From Acutalibacteraceae bacterium (GTDB lineage: Bacteria > Bacillota > Clostridia > Oscillospirales > Acutalibacteraceae): 64,000 nucleotides of DNA. The position numbers were made by a program, and so were the translations under genes. A model generated the notes under the pieces. It was given only the letters and a program-made list of their open reading frames with translations. It was not told the DNA's origin and searched no databases. The DNA lies in NCBI GenBank assembly GCA_045533455.1, contig JAZSHU010000052.1:298-64297 (forward strand), read 5' to 3'. Positions 56,197 to 64,000 of the stretch are shown here, in pieces. Position 1 is the first letter of the stretch. Each line of letters begins with the position of its first letter.

Positions 56197-57810
56197 ATGT
56201 ATATTGATGTTTTAAAAGTGAAAAAGGTGCTGATTTATGCATCGGCACTGCTTTTTGCCGCCCTTTCCGTGGGTACGGTGATTTATTACATAGCTTATCC
56301 CTCGGCGGCATATTTTCACGCCGATTGCTCGGATACAATTCTCTGGGCGCAGGCAAGCTATGACAGCGGCACGATGTTCAACCCCGACTTCGGCTATGCG
56401 GCAATGCTGCCCTTCGGCGGCACAACGCTGATGCTTCCCTTTATCGGAATTTTCGGTGTATCCTTCACAACCCACCGCATAGGAATGATACTTTTTACCC
56501 TCATTCTTTTTGCATCGGTGCTGTGGCTTTGCAGGGCAGTTAAAATGAGCCTGCCCCTTTCGCTTACCGCAACGGGCACTTTTGCACTTGTGATGTGTTC
56601 GAGTGCAAAGCTCCGTGAAATATTCTATGAACACGTTATCTATTACAGCATCTGCGTGCTGATAATCTGTGTATTGCTCAGCCTTTTTATTAAGTTCAGA
56701 GAAAGCTTCGAAGCCGAAAACGGACTTAAAAAGCTGGTTTGGGTAACATTTTTCACCGTGATTTTCTCCGCACTTTCAGCCCTTGACGGTATGCAGGTTA
56801 TTGCAACGGGCATACTTCCCGTGCTTTTTGCGGCGGTTATGGGTATATTCCTTGATAAGGATAACACTCTGCTTTCAAGGAAAAGCCGCATTTCCGTTTA
56901 TTACTGTGTAATCTGCGGTGCGTCGGTGCTTATCGGTCTTGCCCTTCTCTCGTTTTTTGCAAACGGAATATCCTCGGGCTACGCAGGTGCGTATTCAGGC
57001 TATGCCAATATGGATGAATGGCTTTCGAATCTTGGCAATTTCCCCGTTCACTGGTTCACCCTTTTCGGTGTGGATGCCCACTACGGAATGCCCATCTTCT
57101 CGGCAGAATCAATAGTCAACATAATCCGTCTGGGTGCGGCGGCATCGGTTGCCCTCTTGCCCCTTATTGCACTTTTCTTTTATAACAAATTCAGCTTCGG
57201 CACAAAGGCACTTCTCCTTACCCATTTCGGGCTCAGCGGAGTAATAATGTTCGGCTATATTTTCGGCATACTTTCCGCCGCAAACTGGCGTTTAAGCCCA
57301 ATGATATGCACGGGTCTGATTGTGTGCTTTGCCGTTTTCTGCGAAACCAAAGAATATGTTGTACCCAAACGCCTTTGTGCGGCTGTGCTTTGCCTGCTTG
57401 TGCTTCTGAGTGCCGTCAACTTCGGCACCGTTATGCAGATGGAGAAAAACGGCATTGAGCAGAACGAAAAATACCTTATCTCACAGCAGCTCAAAGAAAA
57501 GGGTCTGACCTACGGCTATGCCACATTCTGGAATTCGCAGGTAATAACTGTGCTTTCGGATTCCGAAGTAAGGGCGGCAAACATTGACGTTAACGAAAAC
57601 GGAATAGCCCCCTGCCCGTATCAGGCAAACCTGAATTGGTTTGAGGAGCAGGAGGATGTGGAAAAATATTTTGTTCTGCTTTCATACGGCGAAGAAGCAA
57701 CCCTTATGAATACCACCGATTGGGTTCATTTTGAGCTTCTGTATACCGATAAAATCGATTTGGACGGCTACACGGTTTATGTGTTCAACTCCACAGATTT
57801 TCTGTATTGA
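56197..57810 (+). CDS. Polytopic membrane protein, GT-C-like
   Basis: FHADCSD after TM1, many TMs, C-terminal GLTYGYATFWNS. Confidence 0.65.
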   Translation: MYIDVLKVKKVLIYASALLFAALSVGTVIYYIAYPSAAYFHADCSDTILWAQASYDSGTMFNPDFGYAAMLPFGGTTLMLPFIGIFGVSFTTHRIGMILFTLILFASVLWLCRAVKMSLPLSLTATGTFALVMCSSAKLREIFYEHVIYYSICVLIICVLLSLFIKFRESFEAENGLKKLVWVTFFTVIFSALSALDGMQVIATGILPVLFAAVMGIFLDKDNTLLSRKSRISVYYCVICGASVLIGLALLSFFANGISSGYAGAYSGYANMDEWLSNLGNFPVHWFTLFGVDAHYGMPIFSAESIVNIIRLGAAASVALLPLIALFFYNKFSFGTKALLLTHFGLSGVIMFGYIFGILSAANWRLSPMICTGLIVCFAVFCETKEYVVPKRLCAAVLCLLVLLSAVNFGTVMQMEKNGIEQNEKYLISQQLKEKGLTYGYATFWNSQVITVLSDSEVRAANIDVNENGIAPCPYQANLNWFEEQEDVEKYFVLLSYGEEATLMNTTDWVHFELLYTDKIDLDGYTVYVFNSTDFLY

Positions 57811-58075
57811 TTGCAAACCAATAAATATTGCTGATTGGCGGCGGTGCAAAACCTGCCGCCTTTTTCGCCCCGTTTTTCAGCTTTTCAAGGGCAGGGGAGA
57901 TGTTTATATCTCCCTCATTAATCTTTTCGTCATCACTGCTGATAACAACAACGGCGGTTTCATCACCGAGGGTGATTTTTCTTGCATTTTCATCGGCAAT
58001 GAATATGCCCGATATAATTGAAGTGATGCTCAGGCAGATTATCACCGCCACTGCATAGGCTCTTATAATGTTCAT
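57785..58075 (-). CDS. Small membrane protein downstream of spoIIP
   Basis: RBS GAAAGGA; N-terminal TM. Confidence 0.55.
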   Translation of the reverse strand: MNIIRAYAVAVIICLSITSIISGIFIADENARKITLGDETAVVVISSDDEKINEGDINISPALEKLKNGAKKAAGFAPPPISNIYWFAINTENLWS

Positions 58076-58086
58076 ATTTATTCCTT

Positions 58087-58146
58087 TCATACAAATCGGT
58101 CATAGGCGAAGCCTATCCGAAACTTTGCACTTTGCATTTTGCACTT
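58087..58146 (-). repeat. REP-like interspersed repeat, copy 2
   Basis: AAGTGCAAAATGCAAAGTGCAAAGTTTCGGATAGGCTTCGCCTATGACCGATTTGTATGA on the minus strand. Confidence 0.75.
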
Positions 58147-58147
58147 A

Positions 58148-59254
58148 TCACTCTGCACTCACATAATCATCCATCAGTGATGCCAGTGCCGAAGCAAGCA
58201 TTCTGCCCGAATAGCAGGCTTCTTCAAGGGTGTTTGCTTCGCTGCCCATTTCAATAAGCAGGCTGAAACGGGTCATATCCATATTGTATTTTCTCTGCGA
58301 AAAAAGTACGGGACGCATAAGACCGGGGAACATATCAACGCATTTTTTCTGAAGCTGCAGGGCAAAACGCAGGTTGTATTCCCAATCGGGGAAATCCTCA
58401 ACCTTCCCTTCTTCCGCACCCGTGATAATCATAATCTGAGCAGCCTTTTTACCGCCGACTGTGTTTGTGAATTTCAGCTTGTCGCCGTTGGTCTGGGTAA
58501 CCGAATCACGGTGGATATCAAGCACAATCTGAATTTCGGGGTGCTCTTCAAGGTGCTTTGCAACGGTTTTACGGGAACTCGGGTAAGAATCGTTGTAGCT
58601 TTTGTCGTGAATTGTCTTATCGTGTATTACAGTATACCCCAGTGATGTAAGATAATCCGCAATTTCGGTGCCTACACGGACAATATTTATGTTTTCGTCG
58701 TTGCTTCGGGAAGTGTAGTCCTGAGCATACCAGTCACGCTCAATGAGCTCATAGCCCTCGGAGGTGTGGCTGTGAAAAATAAGCACCGCAGGTTTTGATT
58801 TGTCAACCGAAAGCTCAAGGGGATGTGACAGCACCTTTTCAATATTGAGTGTTTTTGTTTCGGTGGTGTTTTTGACATTCACATTGCCGAAGGTATGGGT
58901 TGCACCCTTTGTTATGTAGGTCAGCTCCTTTATGCTGCCGTCTTTTTTCTGATTTCTGAAAAGCTCCGTGTACTTTCGGATGATTTCCTTTATGTCGTCG
59001 GGTGTGCGGGTGATATCGGATGCTTCCTCCGCAGGCACGGTTGTTTCTGTCAGGTCTGATAAAGTGCTGCTCTGCACGGGAACGGTGGCTTTTACTTGGG
59101 CTTTTTCGCCCGTGCCGAACATTACCGCCGCCATTGCAACGGAGATTTTGCCTGCCGAACCCGTCATAAAAACAGCGCAGGCAATAAGCAGTGATATTGC
59201 GGCAGAGATTATTCCGTGGGATTTGTCCCGGTTTGTCTGATTTTTCATTTTCAT
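58148..59254 (-). CDS. spoIIP: Stage II sporulation protein P
   Basis: VLIFHSHTSEGY, VLDIHRDS, KYNMD, LLIEMGSEANT; N-terminal TM. Confidence 0.9.
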   Translation of the reverse strand: MKMKNQTNRDKSHGIISAAISLLIACAVFMTGSAGKISVAMAAVMFGTGEKAQVKATVPVQSSTLSDLTETTVPAEEASDITRTPDDIKEIIRKYTELFRNQKKDGSIKELTYITKGATHTFGNVNVKNTTETKTLNIEKVLSHPLELSVDKSKPAVLIFHSHTSEGYELIERDWYAQDYTSRSNDENINIVRVGTEIADYLTSLGYTVIHDKTIHDKSYNDSYPSSRKTVAKHLEEHPEIQIVLDIHRDSVTQTNGDKLKFTNTVGGKKAAQIMIITGAEEGKVEDFPDWEYNLRFALQLQKKCVDMFPGLMRPVLFSQRKYNMDMTRFSLLIEMGSEANTLEEACYSGRMLASALASLMDDYVSAE

Positions 59255-59337
59255 TCACCTTTGTTATTGTTATCTTTAAATTATATGCAGACAACGGCAC
59301 TTTAATGGTTACAAATTGTAATGATTACACCTGATTT

Positions 59338-59365
59338 TGTAACCGTTTTGTAACCTTTTTGTAAT
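59338..59365 (+). promoter_or_regulatory. Three direct repeats TGTAAC-N5-TGTAAC-N5-TGTAAT (OmpR/WalR-type box)
   Basis: 11-bp period; lies upstream of TATAAT 59398-59403, which has no good -35. Confidence 0.6.
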
Positions 59366-59409
59366 TTTAAAAGGTGGTATGGGTAAGGCAAATGTAATAT
59401 AATAAGTGT

Positions 59410-59517
59410 ATGCAAGAGAAAAAACCGTCACGGCAGTGCCGCCGTCTGACGGAACCCCATCCATCCTTTCAATAAACCGTAAAAGGGCGTCCTTAAGGGG
59501 CGCCTTTTCGGCTTTTT
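59410..59517 (+). ncRNA. Candidate ~105-nt sRNA
   Basis: -10 TATAAT, 5' hairpin CCGTCA..TGACGG, unpaired CCCCATCCATCCTTTC, terminator AAAAGGGCGTCC-TTAA-GGGGCGCCTTTT. Confidence 0.45.
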
Positions 59518-59519
59518 AT

Positions 59520-59655
59520 GAGTGCAGAGTGCAGAGTGCAAAGTGCAGAGTGCAAAGGGCAAAGTGCAAAAGTGCAGAGTACAAAGTGCAAAGTGCAGAG
59601 TGCAAAGTGCAGAGTGCAAAAGTGCAGAGTGCAAAGTGCAGAGTGAAGAGTGAAG
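59520..59655 (+). repeat. Heptamer tandem repeat (AGTGCAR)n, ~19 units
   Basis: agtgcag/agtgcaa array. Confidence 0.9.
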
Positions 59656-59756
59656 GATGAGCTTAGCACTTGCCCGATTATATAATTGTATAGTTGACAA
59701 GCGCAAAACTGTGTGATATACTTCCTTTTGTATGGAAATTTAATACCTAACCTTAC

Positions 59757-59982
59757 AAAGATTATGACGGAGACAGTAGCTTTTGCAAGGGCATTCCAAG
59801 TGAGGCGGAGAGAGTGTGAACCCGCCGTTTGCCGCAACTGTGAATATCACTCCCGAATCGCAGACCGAAAAGATATGAGTAGGCTCTGACGGAATCCCGC
59901 CGTTACTGGGAAGCATAAAGATCGGGTTATGCAGGTGCTTTTTGTTGTTCCTTGTCCCGATTGGGTCAGGGATTATTTTTTT
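59757..59982 (+). ncRNA. Ile T-box leader (antiterminator non-canonical)
   Basis: Promoter TTGACA(59694)-17-TATACT; AGTA boxes, GTGTGAA loop, specifier GAAT-ATC (Ile), CCGTTA F-box, terminator before ileS. Confidence 0.75.
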
Positions 59983-60019
59983 GTAAAAGAATTTTCAAAA
60001 TATATCGGAGGAATGCAGA

Positions 60020-63000
60020 ATGTACGAAAAAGTTTCGTCGAATTTTGATTTCGTCACCAGAGAAAAGGCAGTGCTTGATTTCTGGAAAGAAAATCAGATT
60101 TTCGAAAAGAGCATCGAAGAGAGAAAGGGCTGCCCTACCTACACCTTCTATGACGGCCCTCCCACTGCAAACGGCAAGCCCCATATCGGCCACGTTCTTA
60201 CCCGTGTTATCAAGGATATGATTCCCAGATACAGAACAATGAAGGGCTATATGGTACCCCGTAAGGCAGGTTGGGATACCCACGGTCTGCCCGTTGAGCT
60301 TGAAATCGAAAAAGAGCTTGGCATCAACGGCAAGGAGCAGATTGAAAATTACGGCCTTGAACCGTTCCCCGGCGGATGTAAGGAAAGCGTATGGAAATAT
60401 AAGGGAATGTGGGAGGATTTCTCGGGAACAGTCGGTTTCTGGGCAGATATGGATAACCCCTACGTTACCTATCACAACAGCTATATCGAATCAATCTGGT
60501 GGTCACTCAAGGAAATCTGGAACAAGGGTCTCCTTTACAAGGGCTTCAAGATTGTTCCCTATTGCCCCCGCTGCGGAACACCCCTTTCATCCCACGAAGT
60601 TGCTCAGGGCTACAAGGCAGTAAAGGAGCGTTCAGCGGTTGTACGCTTCAAGGTTGTTGGCGAGGATGCATACTTCCTTGCATGGACAACAACTCCCTGG
60701 ACTCTGCCCTCAAACTGTGCGCTTTGCGTAAACCCCGAAGAAACCTACTGCAAGGTTAAGGCTGCCGACGGCTACACATACTATATGGCAAAGGCACTTC
60801 TTGACAGTGTTCTCGGTTCACTGGGCGATAAGGAAAACGGCGTTGCAGCCTACGAAATCCTTGAAACCTACGTGGGTACAGACCTTGAAGGCAAATCATA
60901 CGAGCCTCTTTTTGAATGTGCAGGCAAGGTTGCCGAAAAGCAGGGCAAGAAGGCTCATTTCGTAACCGTAGACAGCTACGTTACAATGTCAGACGGTACG
61001 GGTATCGTTCACATCGCACCTGCATTCGGTGAGGACGACGCAAAGGTGGGCAGAGCATATGACCTTCCCTTTATTCAGTTTGTTGACGGCAAGGGCAATA
61101 TGACCGAGGATACTCCCTATGCAGGTATGTTCGTAAAGGATGCAGACCCCAGAATCCTTGTTGACCTTGATGCTGAGGGTAAGCTTTTCTCAGCACCCAA
61201 GTTTGAGCACGACTATCCCTTCTGCTGGAGATGCGATACTCCTCTTATCTACTACGCAAGAGAATCCTGGTTTATCAAAATGACAGCTGTTAAGGATAAT
61301 CTTGTCAAGAATAACAACACCGTTAACTGGATTCCCGAAAGCATCGGTAAGGGCAGATTCGGCGACTGGCTTGAAAATATTCAGGACTGGGGCATCAGCC
61401 GTAACCGTTACTGGGGTACACCCCTCAACATCTGGGAATGCGAATGCGGTCACAGACATTCAATCGGTTCAATCGAAGAACTCAAATCAATGAGCAGCAA
61501 CTGCCCCGAGGATATTGAGCTTCACAGACCGTTCATTGACGATGTTACAATCAAGTGCGAAAAGTGCGGCGGCGAAATGAAGAGAGTGCCCGAGGTTATT
61601 GACTGCTGGTACGATTCAGGCGCAATGCCCTTTGCACAGCACCACTATCCCTTTGAGAACAAAGACCTTTTCGAGCAGCAGTTCCCCGCAGAGTTCATCT
61701 CTGAGGCTGTTGACCAGACAAGAGGCTGGTTCTACTCACTTATGGCAATCTCAACCCTTCTCTTTGACAAGTCACCCTACAAGAATGTTATCGTTCTGGG
61801 TCTTGTTCAGGATGAAAACGGTCAGAAGATGTCAAAGTCAAAGGGCAATGCTGTTGACCCCTTCGATGCACTTGCAAAGCACGGCGCAGACGCAATCCGC
61901 TGGTATTTCTACACAAACTCCGCACCCTGGCTTCCCAACCGTTTCCACGACAACGCAGTTGTTGAAGGCAAGCGTAAGTTTATGGGTACACTGTGGAATA
62001 CCTACGCATTCTATGTGCTCTATGCAAATATCGATAAATTCAATCCCACAGAGCATAAGCTTGATTACGATAAGCTTTCCATTATGGATAAGTGGCTTCT
62101 TTCAAGGCTCAATACTCTTATTGATACCGTTGACGGTTACCTTGGCAACTACGCTATCCCCGAAGCGGCAAAGGCACTTCAAAGCTTTGTTGACGATATG
62201 AGTAACTGGTATGTGCGCCGCGGCAGAGAGCGTTTCTGGGCACAGGGCCTTGAACAGGATAAGATTAACGCTTATATGACCCTTTACACCGCACTTGTTA
62301 CCGTTGTTAAGCTTGCTGCTCCCATGATTCCCTTCATGGCAGAGGATGTTTACCGCAACCTTGTATGCAATGTTGATAAGGATGCTCCCGTCAGCGTTCA
62401 CCTTTGCGATTATCCCGTTTCGGATAAGGCATTTGTTGATGCAGACCTTGAAGCTTCAATGGATGAAATTCTTAACATCGTTGTTCTGGGCAGAGCCGCA
62501 AGAAACACTGCAAACATCAAGAACAGACAGCCCCTCGGCAAGATTTTTGTAAGCGCTCCCAAGGTTCTGGGCAAGGAATACTGCGAAATCGTTGAGGATG
62601 AGCTTAACATCAAGACTCTTGAATTCGTAACCGATTCATCAGGCTATGTTTCATATAATTTCAAGCCCCAGCTTAAAACTCTTGGCCCCAAGTACGGCAA
62701 AATGCTTGGCGCAATCAGAGAATATCTTGCATCTCTTGACGGTTCAGCCGCAAAGGCAGAGCTTGACGAAAAGGGTGCACTTACCTTCACCGCAGGCGAT
62801 ACCGAAATTTCACTTGCAGTTGAAGACCTTCTTATCGAAACCGTTCAGAAGGAAGGCTTCCAGGCTGAAAGCGGCAACGGCGTTACCGTTGTTCTCGATA
62901 CAAACCTTACCGACGAGCTTATTGAAGAAGGCTTCGTAAGAGAGCTTATTTCAAAGATTCAGACAATGCGTAAGGATGCAGGCTTTGAGGTTATGGACAC

Positions 63001-63175
63001 CATCAGGATTTACGTAAGCGGCAACGAAAAGATTGAAGCAATCTTCTCTGCAAACGCTGACGAAATCAAGCACGATGTACTTGCCACCGACATTATCGCA
63101 GCCGAAGGCGGTTCATACACCAAGGCTTGGGATATCAACGGCGAAAAAGTAACAATGGGCGTTGAAAAGAACTGA
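60020..63175 (+). CDS. ileS: Isoleucyl-tRNA synthetase, type 2 (eukaryote-like)
   Basis: DGPPTANGKPHIGH, WTTTPWTL, WGISRNRYWGTP, KMSKS; 1051 aa; Ile T-box upstream. Confidence 0.97.
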   Translation: MYEKVSSNFDFVTREKAVLDFWKENQIFEKSIEERKGCPTYTFYDGPPTANGKPHIGHVLTRVIKDMIPRYRTMKGYMVPRKAGWDTHGLPVELEIEKELGINGKEQIENYGLEPFPGGCKESVWKYKGMWEDFSGTVGFWADMDNPYVTYHNSYIESIWWSLKEIWNKGLLYKGFKIVPYCPRCGTPLSSHEVAQGYKAVKERSAVVRFKVVGEDAYFLAWTTTPWTLPSNCALCVNPEETYCKVKAADGYTYYMAKALLDSVLGSLGDKENGVAAYEILETYVGTDLEGKSYEPLFECAGKVAEKQGKKAHFVTVDSYVTMSDGTGIVHIAPAFGEDDAKVGRAYDLPFIQFVDGKGNMTEDTPYAGMFVKDADPRILVDLDAEGKLFSAPKFEHDYPFCWRCDTPLIYYARESWFIKMTAVKDNLVKNNNTVNWIPESIGKGRFGDWLENIQDWGISRNRYWGTPLNIWECECGHRHSIGSIEELKSMSSNCPEDIELHRPFIDDVTIKCEKCGGEMKRVPEVIDCWYDSGAMPFAQHHYPFENKDLFEQQFPAEFISEAVDQTRGWFYSLMAISTLLFDKSPYKNVIVLGLVQDENGQKMSKSKGNAVDPFDALAKHGADAIRWYFYTNSAPWLPNRFHDNAVVEGKRKFMGTLWNTYAFYVLYANIDKFNPTEHKLDYDKLSIMDKWLLSRLNTLIDTVDGYLGNYAIPEAAKALQSFVDDMSNWYVRRGRERFWAQGLEQDKINAYMTLYTALVTVVKLAAPMIPFMAEDVYRNLVCNVDKDAPVSVHLCDYPVSDKAFVDADLEASMDEILNIVVLGRAARNTANIKNRQPLGKIFVSAPKVLGKEYCEIVEDELNIKTLEFVTDSSGYVSYNFKPQLKTLGPKYGKMLGAIREYLASLDGSAAKAELDEKGALTFTAGDTEISLAVEDLLIETVQKEGFQAESGNGVTVVLDTNLTDELIEEGFVRELISKIQTMRKDAGFEVMDTIRIYVSGNEKIEAIFSANADEIKHDVLATDIIAAEGGSYTKAWDINGEKVTMGVEKN

Positions 63176-63187
63176 TTTTACATTAAT

Positions 63188-63221
63188 ATATCCCCGAAGT
63201 TTTGAAAAACTTCGGGGATAT
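63188..63221. terminator. Bidirectional terminator
   Basis: ATATCCCCGAAGTTTT-GA-AAAACTTCGGGGATAT. Confidence 0.8.
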
Positions 63222-63243
63222 GTTGTTCTTATATAAAGCAATG

Positions 63244-63915
63244 TTATTCCTTCACGGGCTGAAAGGGCTTTGTGTAGTTGAGCATAAAGATGATTATGTA
63301 TGCAACCCACATGGGAATGCTTTCAATTCCGCCGCTCTTACCAAAGATGAGAAGGAGCACTATCATAAGCACAAGGGTAAGTGCAAGAACAATAAGCATC
63401 ACAAGGTGCTTCACGCTTTTCTGCCTTGCCTTGAAGAATAAGAATGCGATTATTGCCGCCGCAAAGAATGCCGCGAAAAGCAGGGCTGTTGACCAGTGTG
63501 CAGCCATTTGCAGGGGCTTGCCGTCTTCGGGTTCAACGGAAGGAATGTTAACGCAGGCGAATATGCAGAAAAATCCAAGATAAGTGCAGATGTTGCCGAA
63601 TTTCGCAAGCTTTTCCGTCTTGAATGAGTTGAGTTTATAAAGATACTGCAAGTTGAGATAAAGGGATACACCCGAGAATACTGCCCACCAGATGAAAAGA
63701 CGGGGATGGGTTTTGCCGATAACACTTGCGGTTTTTGCAAGGTCGGGGTTATCGATAAATCCGTATACCGTGAAGAAAATGAAGCCTGCAATAAGCCACG
63801 CCATGCAGAAATTTCTGTTATCCGTCAGCACGTCAATGAAATTGAAAAATGCCTGTTTGATTGTGGGCTTCTGAGCAAGCTCTGCCTGCTTTCTGAGTTT
63901 TGATGCCTTTGACAT
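63244..63915 (-). CDS. Uncharacterised 6-TM membrane protein
   Basis: RBS AAAGGAG; hydrophobic segments. Confidence 0.75.
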   Translation of the reverse strand: MSKASKLRKQAELAQKPTIKQAFFNFIDVLTDNRNFCMAWLIAGFIFFTVYGFIDNPDLAKTASVIGKTHPRLFIWWAVFSGVSLYLNLQYLYKLNSFKTEKLAKFGNICTYLGFFCIFACVNIPSVEPEDGKPLQMAAHWSTALLFAAFFAAAIIAFLFFKARQKSVKHLVMLIVLALTLVLMIVLLLIFGKSGGIESIPMWVAYIIIFMLNYTKPFQPVKE

Positions 63916-64000
63916 AAAAACACTCCTTTTTCATTTTATGTTCTTATTTTACAGGATTTTCAACAGTTTTTCAACATAATATTTATTCAATATTGTTGCT

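Noticed and set aside
59520-59655. Possible CRISPR array, or coding repeats (ORFs 59406-59660, 59428-59706, 59493-59837)
   Set aside because: 7-bp tandem units without spacers and no cas genes; the ORFs are open only because of the repeat.

Overview
Chromosomal window from a Clostridia bacterium (Oscillospiraceae/Ruminococcaceae-like, inferred from gene content and style). The host backbone on the left carries a membrane-anchored LuxR regulator, gap, rlmH, a yycJ-like hydrolase, murA, a CdaR-type regulator and ftsEX-M23-S41. On the right it carries a D-psicose 3-epimerase, an oxidoreductase plus two GT-C-like genes, spoIIP and T-box/ileS. Between them a ~37.1 kb siphovirus-type prophage sits in tRNA-Val(GAC), bounded by 65-bp direct repeats at 14286-14350 and 51436-51500. 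The strongest novelty candidates are: (1) an AT-rich moron at the left prophage end encoding a 651-aa metallophosphoesterase fusion and two small paralogous proteins, the second with its RBS locked in a hairpin, a candidate undescribed defence or toxin-antitoxin system; (2) a TPR + MuF-like 'capsid-protein mimic' downstream of cI in the lysogeny module; (3) an SOS-box/XRE-S24 divergent switch just outside the prophage; (4) a holin-CHAP-SH3 fusion; (5) a MuF-Ntox50 toxin/immunity pair; (6) a candidate sRNA behind three WalR-like boxes. All family assignments are by eye from motifs; no database searches were run.
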